A program made the translations under genes and the position numbers. Positions 9,908 through 20,274 of a stretch of 64,000 bases of DNA are shown here, piece by piece. The first letter of the stretch is position 1; every line of letters begins with the position of its first letter. The notes under the pieces are model-generated. The model worked only from the letters and a program-made list of their open reading frames with translations, was not told where the DNA came from and did no database searches. This DNA comes from Candidatus Bathyarchaeota archaeon. Its GTDB lineage: Archaea > Thermoproteota > Bathyarchaeia > Bathyarchaeales > Bathycorpusculaceae. Location of the stretch: contig CAVTZU010000028.1 in NCBI GenBank assembly GCA_963739305.1, forward strand, positions 1-64,000. The letters are read 5' to 3'.

Positions 9908-10898
9908 TTGAGATCTTCATATCAGCGTAGATTTGTGAACAGCAAAGCGGTGAGAATGACACGAGGTATCCATGGCTTTCAGCAAACTTCACGGCCTCCT
10001 CTGTCGGAAAAGCTATAGCATCCGTTCCTGCCTTGATAGCAAGAATTTCAGTTTGAGTCCTGCTTTGGTCTCTTGGACGCATACAGCCTAGAACCAGTGG
10101 GGTTTCTGGGAACATTGTCCTCGCTGTGGCAATTACTTTTGCAATTTCTAAGGAGCCGGGAGGCCTTACGTTAGCCATCTCTGTCCCATGAATTGGCATG
10201 AAAGCAATTATGACAAGAGCTGAAGGCGTAAACTGAGAGATCATCTTCAACGCGTTGAATTCGCCTTTCAATTTGCCATTATCAAGCCCAACGATCACGT
10301 GGGGTACGTAAGTTACTCCAGCACGGTTCAGGGCTTGGATCGAATTCTCATAATCTTTCACCGTTATGTTGAGTCTGTAGACATTCCTTATCGTCTCGTC
10401 AGAGCCAATGATATCAAGAAGTGCCGTATCGACGCCAGCTTTCTTCAGCGCATTAGCCATTGGAAGATCGACAATGCCTGTGTGAACGAACACTGTCAAG
10501 CCTAATTCATGCTTGACTCTCCCGATGGTATCGGTGAATCGTTGTAGGGGGACAGCCCCGGTTGGTGAGCACCCGCCACTTATCAGACAGCCTAAGGCAC
10601 CCTCTTTCTTCAATTTGTCGCACAATGCGTAGAGCGCCCTCGGTGTAGTAGCTGGATACATGGTGTCCAAAACAACCCCGCCACAATGCTTGCATTTGAG
10701 CGGGCAGTCCTTACCAGTCACCGATATTGTAGGAAAACTGTTCGTCGAAGAACAAAAGTAGCTCGTCTTATAGTACATGAAACTGGGAGCATAAAAACGA
10801 ACGCGTCTTGGCCTCTCTTTGGAATGCTCCTCATTCAGAAAGCTTAAGAATTCTGTCTCAGTCATGCACCAGAGACTTTCAGCAGTCGGTCCTATCAT
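9876..10898 (-). CDS. lipS1: radical SAM lipoyl synthase subunit LipS1-like
   Basis: CPLKCKHC plus GCMR and C-terminal CC motifs. Confidence 0.75.
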   Translation of the reverse strand: MIGPTAESLWCMTETEFLSFLNEEHSKERPRRVRFYAPSFMYYKTSYFCSSTNSFPTISVTGKDCPLKCKHCGGVVLDTMYPATTPRALYALCDKLKKEGALGCLISGGCSPTGAVPLQRFTDTIGRVKHELGLTVFVHTGIVDLPMANALKKAGVDTALLDIIGSDETIRNVYRLNITVKDYENSIQALNRAGVTYVPHVIVGLDNGKLKGEFNALKMISQFTPSALVIIAFMPIHGTEMANVRPPGSLEIAKVIATARTMFPETPLVLGCMRPRDQSRTQTEILAIKAGTDAIAFPTEEAVKFAESHGYLVSFSPLCCSQIYADMKISTTSQQKRLSS

Positions 10899-10928
10899 CT
10901 TCTCTGAATGAATTGACCGACTATTTGC

Positions 10929-11282
10929 TTAATACTTTTCGTTTTGTCCTTCTGATTGTTCCTCGTAGTCCCTCGACATAATGGGAAGTGTTTGCATCGC
11001 ATCGTTTAGCGAAGAAAGGCTGCTTGAGATTTTTTCAAGGTATTTTCGGAAGTTCAAAGTCTTGAAAACAGCCACGCCTCTTTCTGTTATCCCAAACCTG
11101 GTGTTGTCAGGCAGGGCACGCTCTTCGACCAAGCCGTTTTCTATGAGAAAAACTAATCGTTTGCTGATCACTGTGCAGTCGATATCAGTTTCATAAGCTA
11201 TGCGATCGATCGACTGAGGCTTCTTAACTAACGCTTCCAGAATTGCTTCGTAGGATTCTAGCTTTGACCTTCGCAATAACAT
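10929..11282 (-). CDS. winged-helix transcriptional regulator
   Basis: RRSKLESYEAILEAL...LIENGLV...ITERG; likely ATG 11282. Confidence 0.75.
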   Translation of the reverse strand: MLLRRSKLESYEAILEALVKKPQSIDRIAYETDIDCTVISKRLVFLIENGLVEERALPDNTRFGITERGVAVFKTLNFRKYLEKISSSLSSLNDAMQTLPIMSRDYEEQSEGQNEKY

Positions 11283-11447
11283 GCACCCTTTCTTGAAAGT
11301 CATATTCATTTCAGATAAAGCATTTATGAATCTGCAATAATGAGCATCAAACAAGCGTCTATATTCAGGCTTCTCCCAGAAGGCAGAAACTCTTTAATTC
11401 AGAAGCAGCTTCAGCAAATTCCCAGGAACTCGGAGACTGGGACAATT

Positions 11448-12464
11448 ATGAATCCCTTGAACCATGAAACAGGATTGCCACCTCAGATTCGTGTCTCCAC
11501 CGGCTCAGCAGTGGTTCTCGGGCTATTAGACGCCAAACTTGACGCGCCGCCTACAACGGTCTATCTTATGACAAACAGACGAGGAAAATGCAACGCCAAT
11601 TGTCGATTTTGTCCACAGGCTCGAGAGAGTGCGGGCAGAGCGGACATGCTTTCCAGGGTCACTTGGCCGTTATTCCAAACTGAGACAGTAATCGACAGAA
11701 TTGAGTGCGCCTTCAAGGATGGCAAAGTCATGCGAGTCTGCATCCAAGCTTTGAATTATCCTCAAGTTTTGATCCACTTATTGGCAGTTGTGAGTTCGAT
11801 TCATTCGCGAGTGAAAATTCCCATCTCAGTTTCCTGTCAACCTCTTGGAAAGAGCAGTATTATTCATCTGTTTGAAGCTGGGGCCGAAAGAATCGGAATA
11901 CCTTTGGACGCCGTTACTGAAGAGATCTTCAAGAGAACAAAGGGTGTTTTGGTGCGAGGACCTTACGACTGGCAGAAGCAGTGCAGTCTGTTGAACGAGG
12001 CCGTCGATGTTTTTGGGAAGGGAAAAGTCAGTACCCACCTCATCGTGGGACTCGGCGAAACCGAAGAGCAGATGATTAGAATGATACAAGAATGTGTTGA
12101 CAAGTCTGTGGTCCCTGGACTTTTTGCTTTCACACCAATTCGGGGTACTGACCTTGAGAGCGAATCGACGCCGCCTCTCGAAAAGTACAGACGAATACAA
12201 CTTGCCCGCTATCTGATCTTGCACGGCATCGTCCGATTTGAAGAAATGAGCTTTAGCAACGAGGGAAACTTGGCTGATTTCGGGGTTGACAACGAGGTCT
12301 TACGTGACGTCATCGAGAGGGGAGAGGCTTTCCTTACGTGTGGCTGCCCAGACTGCAACCGTCCATATTACAATGAGAAACCAAGTGGTCCAATCTTTAA
12401 CTATCCGAGAAAAATGGTTCGAAACGAGATTTCAGAGATCAAGAAGCAATTTAAGTTAATGTGA
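11448..12464 (+). CDS. lipS2: radical SAM lipoyl synthase subunit LipS2-like
   Basis: CNANCRFC plus TCGCPDCNRPYYNE; start uncertain (track 11340). Confidence 0.78.
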   Translation: MNPLNHETGLPPQIRVSTGSAVVLGLLDAKLDAPPTTVYLMTNRRGKCNANCRFCPQARESAGRADMLSRVTWPLFQTETVIDRIECAFKDGKVMRVCIQALNYPQVLIHLLAVVSSIHSRVKIPISVSCQPLGKSSIIHLFEAGAERIGIPLDAVTEEIFKRTKGVLVRGPYDWQKQCSLLNEAVDVFGKGKVSTHLIVGLGETEEQMIRMIQECVDKSVVPGLFAFTPIRGTDLESESTPPLEKYRRIQLARYLILHGIVRFEEMSFSNEGNLADFGVDNEVLRDVIERGEAFLTCGCPDCNRPYYNEKPSGPIFNYPRKMVRNEISEIKKQFKLM

Positions 12465-12574
12465 ACTTTGGATTTTTCGACGACCTTTTTCCGAGATCTT
12501 TCGTATATCCGGTGATTCTTCTGAGTAGGTCTTCACCGCAATCGTGACTCAGAGTATTAATTGCCACTTCATAA

Positions 12575-14911
12575 TTGCTTTATCGTGAACAGGAATCTCG
12601 CTTCATTGTTCAGTGTTTCTACATAGCGGTGGGCATGTTGCCGGTCCAGAAGAAAAAGAGTAGTGTCGAGTCTTCCATAAGAGTTGTAATTGATCTGGAA
12701 GAGAAGATTCGCGTCTTGCACGTTGATGATGATTCTGATTTCTTGAAGACGGCCAAGCAGTGCTTGGAGATGCAAGGGCAATTTCAAGTCGACACGGTTA
12801 TTTCTGTAAAAGAAGCACGGGCAAAGTTGGAGAAAGAGAAGTACGACGTTATCATTTCTGATTATCAAATGTCCGGGGAAGACGGCCTGGAATTTCTCAA
12901 GTTGATTAGAGGAGAAGGAAACGCGACTCCTTTTATCCTTTTGACGGGAAAAGGCAGGGAAGAAGTCGCTATAAACGCGCTTAACCTCGGCGTTAATCAG
13001 TACCTGAACAAGGGAGGTGAACCTGAAACCGTCTACGCCGAATTGGCCCATTACATCAAACAGTTGGCAGAGACCAGAAAGATTGAGCAGAGACGACGTG
13101 AGTCAGATGAAAGGTTCCGAAACCTATTCGAAAAAGCATACGATGGACTGATCTTAGTAGACATCTCAGGAAAAATACTGGACATAAACCAAAAGGCGGC
13201 AGAAATAGCTGAGAAAAATAAGGAAGACATCATCGGAAAATCATTCCTTGATTTGGAATTAGTCAATCCAGAAGCGCTGCCACTTCTAGTTGAGAAACTC
13301 AAACAGGGTTCGATGGGAAGAGAATTAGAACCTTTCGAACTAGAAGTTCTGAGTCAAAAAGGGGCAAAAAAAACCGTCGAAATAGGATCTACGTTTGTCT
13401 TCAACAACAACAAACCTGTGGGTTCCCTAGCATTGGTAAGGGACATCACTCAACGCAAAAGAGCCGAGCAGGCACTCAAAGAATCAGAGGCAAAATATCG
13501 ATCGTTGGTCGAACAATCCCTGAATGGAATCCTTATAGCTCAAGGTCCGACGCCGCACATAGCCTTCGTAAACAAAACAATGAGCGATACTCTTGGTTAC
13601 ACTCCTGAAGAACTTTGTGCTTTTTCGCCGCAGCAAATAGAAATGATGGTTCCTGACGAAGATCGCGAACAGTTCCGCAGGTACCTCAGGGAACGCCTAG
13701 AAGGAAAGGATCTGCCAGCGCGCTATGAAGTTCGGGCTATTCGGAAAGATGGAAACGTCATCTGGCTCAGGGTATCTTCTAGATTGATCACTTACGAGGG
13801 AAGGGCAGCCGTTCAGATAATGTTCGTAGACATCAATGAAAGCAAGACAACTGAACAAACGCTTGCTGAAAACCAGCAAAAGTTCTCGGCTCTTTTCTTG
13901 GGCAACCCTGAGGCCACCGTGTACACAGGTTCAGACATGCACATTCTCGACATAAACCCTCGCTTCACGACCTTGTTTGGATATGTCCTGGACGAAGTGA
14001 AGGGAAGGCACCTAAACGACATCGTTGTTCCACGACACTTGATTGAAGAAGGAAAAATGCTGGACAAAAAAGCTGTTGACGGCTACGTCTACCACGATAC
14101 CGTTAGGATGAGAAAGGACGGATCTTTGGTTCCTGTTTCAGTCTCTGCAGCTCCCGTTTCAATTTCTAATCAATTGCTGGGTTACATCGGCGTCTACAAA
14201 GACATATCTCAACAGAAGAACGCAGAAGAAAAGCTGGCAGCGATGAATGAAAAACTAAGGGTAATCGGAGGATTGACGAGGCATGACGTTAGAAACAAGC
14301 TTTCCATCATTATGGGAAACACATACATAAACAAGAAAAGGCTGATGGACCATCCAGAAGCAATCGAAAGCTTCAAAGACATAGAATCAGCCTGCGATCT
14401 AATCGTGCGCATTTTTGATTTTGCCAAAGATTACGAAAGATTAGGTGTCGAGGAGCTGACCAATGTTGACGTGGAAGACGCTGTCAAGAAAGCAGCTTCA
14501 TTCTTCCCTGATTTGCAAGGAGTAAACATAGCAAACAAATGTCACGGACTGAGTGTGCTCGCTGACTCACTTCTGAGACAGCTTTTCTACAACCTGATCG
14601 ACAACTCACTAAAATACGGACAGAAGACTACCATTATCAGGATCCGTTATGAAGAATCTGAAACCCATCTTCAGCTTATCTATGAGGATGATGGAGTTGG
14701 AATTTCTCAAGAAGTAAAATCCAGAATTTTCAGTGAAGGCGTCACCACTGGCAAGGGTTCAGGATACGGACTCTATCTCATAAAGAAAATGATGGAAGTA
14801 TATGGCTGGACTATACAAGAAACTGGAAAACCTGGAAAAGGAGCCCGTTTCATTATAACGATCCCCAAGACAAGTCGGAATGGAAAAGAAAACTACGTGA
14901 CAGAGTCCTAG
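12575..14911 (+). CDS. hybrid sensor kinase (REC-PAS x3-HisKA-HATPase)
   Basis: VLHVDDD/ISDYQM receiver, three PAS repeats, RHDVRN H-box, NLIDNS, DDGVG, GYGL; true start probably near 12695. Confidence 0.92.
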   Translation: MLYREQESRFIVQCFYIAVGMLPVQKKKSSVESSIRVVIDLEEKIRVLHVDDDSDFLKTAKQCLEMQGQFQVDTVISVKEARAKLEKEKYDVIISDYQMSGEDGLEFLKLIRGEGNATPFILLTGKGREEVAINALNLGVNQYLNKGGEPETVYAELAHYIKQLAETRKIEQRRRESDERFRNLFEKAYDGLILVDISGKILDINQKAAEIAEKNKEDIIGKSFLDLELVNPEALPLLVEKLKQGSMGRELEPFELEVLSQKGAKKTVEIGSTFVFNNNKPVGSLALVRDITQRKRAEQALKESEAKYRSLVEQSLNGILIAQGPTPHIAFVNKTMSDTLGYTPEELCAFSPQQIEMMVPDEDREQFRRYLRERLEGKDLPARYEVRAIRKDGNVIWLRVSSRLITYEGRAAVQIMFVDINESKTTEQTLAENQQKFSALFLGNPEATVYTGSDMHILDINPRFTTLFGYVLDEVKGRHLNDIVVPRHLIEEGKMLDKKAVDGYVYHDTVRMRKDGSLVPVSVSAAPVSISNQLLGYIGVYKDISQQKNAEEKLAAMNEKLRVIGGLTRHDVRNKLSIIMGNTYINKKRLMDHPEAIESFKDIESACDLIVRIFDFAKDYERLGVEELTNVDVEDAVKKAASFFPDLQGVNIANKCHGLSVLADSLLRQLFYNLIDNSLKYGQKTTIIRIRYEESETHLQLIYEDDGVGISQEVKSRIFSEGVTTGKGSGYGLYLIKKMMEVYGWTIQETGKPGKGARFIITIPKTSRNGKENYVTES

Positions 14912-15095
14912 AAAACAGATATTTTCTCAAATACACTCTTGCTGAGGCTCGATCAGAAAACTTCTATAAACATCATTAATGCTAATGCCCCAAGGAATTC
15001 CATGGTAGAGAAACTCACCATATAAGTACAAACGTGACGTTAGTGATTTCGAGTCGAAAAATCTATGTGCAGGATGAGCAATTATGCACTCCTAA

Positions 15096-16022
15096 GTGGT
15101 CGTGAAAACGTTGGTTGAAGCTCCCGTTGAAGACAAACGTATCTCACTGAAAGAAGCAGTCCACCTTGTCCATGATGGTTCACACCTATTCTGGGGCGGC
15201 TTCGGCTTCCAACGCCCACCCATGGCCTTCGCACACGAACTAGTCAGACAGAAGAAGAGAGACCTCACACTGTACACGTGCGGCTCAGAAATGGACCTTG
15301 ACATACTTTCAGGTGCCAAGGTTGCATCTCGGTATGAGCTCGCGTTCTACGCGATAGAAGGAATAGGTCTGGTGCCGAACATTCAGAGACGAATCCGAGA
15401 AGGAGCAATTGAAATAGAGGACTACTCGAATTTGGCAATGGTAATGCGACTTTTAGGCGGTGCTCTTGGAGTCCCATTCATGCCGCTTAAGAGTATGCTC
15501 GGCACGGACATGCTTGCCAAAAAGAAGTTCAGGGAAAAGAAGGCAGAAGTCTTCAACTGTCCTTTTACTGGAGAAAAAGTGGTTCTTGTCCCGTCAGTCC
15601 GTCCAGATTTTAGCATAGTTCACGCTCAACGTGTGGATCGAGAAGGAAACGTTCAGATAGATGGAATCAAAGGAGAAGACGTGGAAGGTGCAAGAGCAGG
15701 AAAAAAAGTAATTGTACTGGCCGAAGAAATTGTGGATAGCGAGTTTATTCGATCCCAACCCGACCAAACGGTCATTCCAAACATCTACGTTACTCATGTC
15801 GTCGAGTGTCCTTGGGGTTCTTACCCAATGATGGTATACAACTACTACGATTACGACATGGAGCACGTACGAATGTACTATGATCAATGCAAGACAGAAG
15901 AGGGATGGCAAAAATACTGTGAAGACTACGTGACCAGCGTCAACAGTCACACAGAGTATTTGCAGAAAATCGGGATGGAACGACTCATGAAGCACAAAGC
16001 CCGAAAACCATTTCCATACTAG
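15096..16022 (+). CDS. CoA transferase subunit A (glutaconate CoA-transferase-like)
   Basis: GGFGFQRPPMAFAHEL, GVPFMP, CPFTGE, HAQRVDREGN. Confidence 0.88.
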   Translation: MVVKTLVEAPVEDKRISLKEAVHLVHDGSHLFWGGFGFQRPPMAFAHELVRQKKRDLTLYTCGSEMDLDILSGAKVASRYELAFYAIEGIGLVPNIQRRIREGAIEIEDYSNLAMVMRLLGGALGVPFMPLKSMLGTDMLAKKKFREKKAEVFNCPFTGEKVVLVPSVRPDFSIVHAQRVDREGNVQIDGIKGEDVEGARAGKKVIVLAEEIVDSEFIRSQPDQTVIPNIYVTHVVECPWGSYPMMVYNYYDYDMEHVRMYYDQCKTEEGWQKYCEDYVTSVNSHTEYLQKIGMERLMKHKARKPFPY

Positions 16023-16037
16023 GGAGGATCAAACGCA

Positions 16038-16835
16038 ATGACAAAGTACGCAAGACCTGAAGAATTCAACACGCTGGAGCTTATGGCAGTCTGCGGCTCC
16101 AGACAGATAAAGAATGGAGAAGTCGTTTTCATCGGAACAGGATTGCCGATGATCGCCGCTTTACTAGCTAAGAGAACCCATGCACCTGGGGCGAAGATTG
16201 TTTTTGAAGCCGGGTTCATAGATTCAAACGCCCGAGATATAGCCCTTTCAATCGCCGACTCGAGACTGGGTTGGCGAGCGTCCGGAGCAATAGGACTCCT
16301 TGAAACGCTGGGACTCATGCTTCAGGGGGGACACGTAGACGTCGGATTTGTGGGGGCAGCTCAGATTGACGAATTTGGCAACATAAACACGACATATATC
16401 GGGCCATTCGAAAAGCCCTCCGTGAGGCTGCCGGGTAGCGGAGGAGGAAATGACATAGTTTCCTCAGCCAAACGCATCGTAATAATAATGACTCATGAGA
16501 AGCGAAAAATGGTCAAGAAGCTCGATTACCTGACCAGTCCAGGCTACCTTGACGGACCCAAAGCAAGAGAAAACGCAGGCTTGATCGGAGGCGGACCGTC
16601 CCTTGTCGTTACTAACCTGTGCCAAATGGATTTTGACCAAGAGAAAAAACGCATCAGACTGGCCACGGTTCACCCAGGAGTCACCGTTGATCAGGTTCTC
16701 GAAAACTCTGGCTTCGACTTGATCACACCGAAAAACGTCCCAATCACAGACTTGCCAACGTGCGAGGAACTAGACTTGCTCCGAGCAATAGATCCAACAG
16801 GAATCTACATCCCAAGAACAAAGAATCCACGCTAG
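16038..16835 (+). CDS. CoA transferase subunit B
   Basis: FIGTGLP, FEAG, GAAQIDEFGNINTT, RLPGSGG. Confidence 0.88.
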   Translation: MTKYARPEEFNTLELMAVCGSRQIKNGEVVFIGTGLPMIAALLAKRTHAPGAKIVFEAGFIDSNARDIALSIADSRLGWRASGAIGLLETLGLMLQGGHVDVGFVGAAQIDEFGNINTTYIGPFEKPSVRLPGSGGGNDIVSSAKRIVIIMTHEKRKMVKKLDYLTSPGYLDGPKARENAGLIGGGPSLVVTNLCQMDFDQEKKRIRLATVHPGVTVDQVLENSGFDLITPKNVPITDLPTCEELDLLRAIDPTGIYIPRTKNPR

Positions 16836-16877
16836 ACCCGCAGTAAGAACTAGCAGGAACCTCTAACCAAGATCCAT

Positions 16878-16961
16878 CCACGAAAAAACCTGAGGGGTAG
16901 GATGTTTTAGACTGTTTGAAAACACTAAAAAACCACGTTGGTCAGTCCTTCACGCGCCCAT
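16878..16961 (+). repeat. ~84-bp intergenic element, copy A
   Basis: CCACGAAAAAA..GGGGTAGG.TGTTTTAGA..AAAACACT.AAAAACCA.GTTG..CAGTCC.TCAC.CGCCCAT; about 80% identical by eye to the reverse complement of 26216-26298. Confidence 0.9.
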
Positions 16962-16973
16962 ACTCTTCACTAA

Positions 16974-18308
16974 CTAACCAGGTGCCTTCGCCTGCGGCTG
17001 CACTAACTTAGGCTTCTGCTTCGTAACCTGCTCAACGATCCGCCAAAACTCTTCCTCGGTCCTACCCTTCCTCAAATCTTTCATCAACTTCTTAACCTGA
17101 TAGAAAGTCATCTGTGCTTCACCCTTGTCCAAAGCATCCTGAACCGCCCTCACCCTCTTCACGATCTCCTCAATCTGGAGCAGCGTAGCCCTAATTTCAG
17201 CCATCCGCAAGCGCTCCTCAACCACCTGCTTCCCCGTCTGCCGCCCAAGATGAAACTCCGTTTCCCTCCCAACAATCTCAGGCGGAAAAGGCTCAAAAAT
17301 AATCGGATTATCCACCATCGCCTTCAAATTCTCATCCATCTCATACGAAAACGCGTTTTCACCAATAATCGGCTTATGAAACTGAATAGGCAACGCAAAC
17401 GCCTTCTCAACCATCTGTGAAAGCCTATACAACTTCCCCAAGTCCACCCCGGTATCCACGTCATAAAGCAACTCCAACGCAGCACACACCTCCTCCAAAG
17501 GCGCACACCCAGACCGCTCACCGAAACCCGCAACGCTAGTAAACAGACAATCAACCCCCTCCTCCACAGCCGCCAGATTATTCGCCGTCGCCAACCCAAA
17601 ATCATTGTGACAGTGCACGCCCAACGGAACATCCTTCTTGAACAAGTCCCACAAACCATCCCTAACGTGAGAAACCAAATAACGCATCGACAACGGCCTC
17701 AAAAACCCAACCGTGTCCGCGATCACCAAACGATCAGCCCCAGCCCTGTACGCTGCTCCAAAGATCTCAAGAATCTCCTGCAACGGCGTCCGGGAACCAT
17801 CTTGAAGAACAAAATCAACCTTCAAACGATGCTTCTTCGCATACTCAACACACTCCACAGTGTCGGCAAGAACCTGCTTCTTACCCATCTTCAACCTGTA
17901 CCGCAACTGCAACTCATTAAACGCCGTAAAAATAGAAACCTCATCAACCCCACACTCAAAACACGTATCAACATCGCTCTTGAGAACACGCGCCAACGCC
18001 ACCAGACTCACCTGCTGAAAGCCCTCATTCGCGATCTTCTTCGCAGTACTCTTTTCCTCATCCGACAGCCCAGGAAAACCAACAGAAATCCTAGACACAC
18101 CCATCTCATCCATCATCTTAGCAAGCTTAACCTTCTCAACGTACGTCAAAAAGACGGCGGGTGCATGAACACCCTCATGCAAGGTCTCGTCCCAAACGAA
18201 AACCCTCTCAGGAAGCTTCGGAGGCAGGTTCTTCCTTAAATGGTTATAATTCGTAATCAGACCCTGAGCCTCAAGTTTTTTGAATATGGTTTTTCTCATA
18301 TGATACAC
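16974..18308 (-). CDS. homocitrate/isopropylmalate/citramalate synthase family protein with divergent active site
   Basis: DRE-TIM fold motifs ADTVG, HCHNDFG, GERSG, KPIIGENAF; DETLHEGVH replaces DxTLRDGEQ. Confidence 0.85.
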   Translation of the reverse strand: MYHMRKTIFKKLEAQGLITNYNHLRKNLPPKLPERVFVWDETLHEGVHAPAVFLTYVEKVKLAKMMDEMGVSRISVGFPGLSDEEKSTAKKIANEGFQQVSLVALARVLKSDVDTCFECGVDEVSIFTAFNELQLRYRLKMGKKQVLADTVECVEYAKKHRLKVDFVLQDGSRTPLQEILEIFGAAYRAGADRLVIADTVGFLRPLSMRYLVSHVRDGLWDLFKKDVPLGVHCHNDFGLATANNLAAVEEGVDCLFTSVAGFGERSGCAPLEEVCAALELLYDVDTGVDLGKLYRLSQMVEKAFALPIQFHKPIIGENAFSYEMDENLKAMVDNPIIFEPFPPEIVGRETEFHLGRQTGKQVVEERLRMAEIRATLLQIEEIVKRVRAVQDALDKGEAQMTFYQVKKLMKDLRKGRTEEEFWRIVEQVTKQKPKLVQPQAKAPG

Positions 18309-18463
18309 AACCCAACAACGCTGAACTTGGACTCACCTCTATTCTCACGACCGCTAATATAAAACTTACAAGAGAGACAAGCGACGCTCTCAATTTCATA
18401 GAACTCTGGAAAACCTTTTTAGCAAAATCATGAACTTAGTAAACCCACAACGTAGGTGGAAAA

Positions 18464-19330
18464 ATGACGGAAATCAGGAAGATAGCAGTTCTCGGCGCTG
18501 GACTGATGGGTCACGGAATTGCACAGGTGGCATCGCAAATCGGAAAGTATGAAGTGAACCTGAGAGATGTCGAACAACGCTTCATAGATGCTGGCATCAG
18601 CATGATAAAAGACAGTCTTCAACGATTTGTCAAGAAGGGTCAACTTTCGGAGGCAGATATGAAAGCGATAATGGCGAGAATTCACCCCGTGCTCGACCTC
18701 AAAGAAGCGGTTTCAAATGCGGACCTTATCATCGAAGCCATTCCCGAAAACCTGGAGCTAAAGAAAGCCACGTTTCGCGAAGTTGACGCTTATGCACCGA
18801 CTCACGCCTTGATAGTATCAAACACGTCCTCTGTGAGCATCACAGAGATGGCTTCATCAACCAAACGGCCTGAAAAAGTGTGTGGAATGCACTTCTTCAA
18901 CCCACCGCAACTCATGAAACTAATCGAAGTGATCAGAGGAGCCAAAACCTCTGATGAAACAGTTCACACAGTGCTCGACGTGGCACACAAGATGGACAAA
19001 GAGACCGTTCTTGTAAAGAAAGATAGCCCCGGATTCATCGTTAACCGCATACTCTTACCCGCCCTTAACGAGGCAGTAGCCCTCTACTGGGAAGAGGTCG
19101 CAGACAGAGATGATATCGACAAAGCCATAAAGCTCGGCCTCAACTGGCCCATGGGACCTCTGATGCTTCTCGACTACATCGGCCTTGACACAACGCTGGC
19201 GATCTCGGACGTGCTGACAAAGGAACTTGATCCCAAATTCCATGCCTCAACCGGACTCAAGCAAATGGTCAGAGCCCAACTCCTCGGCAGAAAGACAGGC
19301 AAAGGCTTCTATGACTGGACGCAGAAATAG
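18464..19330 (+). CDS. hbd: 3-hydroxyacyl(butyryl)-CoA dehydrogenase
   Basis: GAGLMGHGIA, SNTSS, GMHFFNP, GRKTGKGFY. Confidence 0.93.
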   Translation: MTEIRKIAVLGAGLMGHGIAQVASQIGKYEVNLRDVEQRFIDAGISMIKDSLQRFVKKGQLSEADMKAIMARIHPVLDLKEAVSNADLIIEAIPENLELKKATFREVDAYAPTHALIVSNTSSVSITEMASSTKRPEKVCGMHFFNPPQLMKLIEVIRGAKTSDETVHTVLDVAHKMDKETVLVKKDSPGFIVNRILLPALNEAVALYWEEVADRDDIDKAIKLGLNWPMGPLMLLDYIGLDTTLAISDVLTKELDPKFHASTGLKQMVRAQLLGRKTGKGFYDWTQK

Positions 19331-19347
19331 ACGAGGAGTCAACGCTC

Positions 19348-20130
19348 ATGGAGTTCAAAAACATCATCTTTGAGAAGAACCAAGGCGTGGCCACAATTAC
19401 CCTGAACCGACCTGAAGCCTTAAACGCTTTCAGCAGTGAAGTGATCGAAGAAGTGCTCGGAGCAATCGAAGACGTCAAAAAGGACGAAGACATTCGAGTT
19501 CTCGTGCTCACAGGAGCGGGCGAGAAAGCGTTCTCCGCTGGAGCGGACATAAAGGCCATGGCAGGAATGACAGCCCTCAAGGCAAGGGAACTTTCATTAA
19601 TGGGTGAAAAACTGTGCACGGCACTCGAAAACTTGGATATGCCTGTCATAGCAGGAATCAACGGCTACGCATTAGGCGGCGGAATGGAAGTTGCAATGGC
19701 TTGTGATCTGCGAATAGCCTCTGAGACTGCGAGAATGGGACAGACCGAAATCAACATAGGACTGATACCAGGATGGGGAGGAACTCAACGACTGACAAGA
19801 CTGGTAGGCATGACAAAGGCAAAAGAACTCGTTTTCACCGGAAGAATCATTGACGCAAAAACAGCGGAACAGTTGGGAATCCTTAACATGGTTGTTCCAC
19901 AGGACAAACTTAAGGAAACTCTACGGCAATTCGGAGCTGAATTGGCCTCTAAAGCTCCCGTGGCCCTTAAAGTTGCTAAGGCGTTGATCACCAAAGGGGC
20001 AAACATCAGTCTAGAATCAGCGCTGGAACTGGAACGGGAAGGCTTCGGCGTCGTTGGGTCCACTGAAGATCTGAAAGAAGGAGTTTTGGCCTTTACAAAC
20101 AAGAGAAAACCTGAGTTCAAGGGCAAGTAG
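19348..20130 (+). CDS. crt: enoyl-CoA hydratase (crotonase)
   Basis: LNRPEALNA, AFSAGADI, ALGGGME, GQTEINIGLIPGWGGTQRL. Confidence 0.93.
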   Translation: MEFKNIIFEKNQGVATITLNRPEALNAFSSEVIEEVLGAIEDVKKDEDIRVLVLTGAGEKAFSAGADIKAMAGMTALKARELSLMGEKLCTALENLDMPVIAGINGYALGGGMEVAMACDLRIASETARMGQTEINIGLIPGWGGTQRLTRLVGMTKAKELVFTGRIIDAKTAEQLGILNMVVPQDKLKETLRQFGAELASKAPVALKVAKALITKGANISLESALELEREGFGVVGSTEDLKEGVLAFTNKRKPEFKGK

Positions 20131-20274
20131 ATCGACTCTCATTTTTTCTTCAAATCCTGCTTTTTGAAGTTTCCCATCTGGGGAATTCGTCAACAGTTTC
20201 AAAAATGATATATTGAGGTAGGCTCGATGCCTAGTTCAAACAAAGGATCTGAATCTAGAAAACGGTGAAGAAAG

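Noticed and set aside
16878-16961. 84-bp element as an ORB/oriC or tRNA
   Set aside because: No TCCA..GAAAC ORB core, no adjacent orc1/cdc6, no cloverleaf or T-loop motif. A replication role stays open only as inference.
17607-18239. 210-aa + strand ORF rich in Q/N/T/H/P
   Set aside because: Antisense shadow of the synthase gene; the A/C skew removes stop codons.
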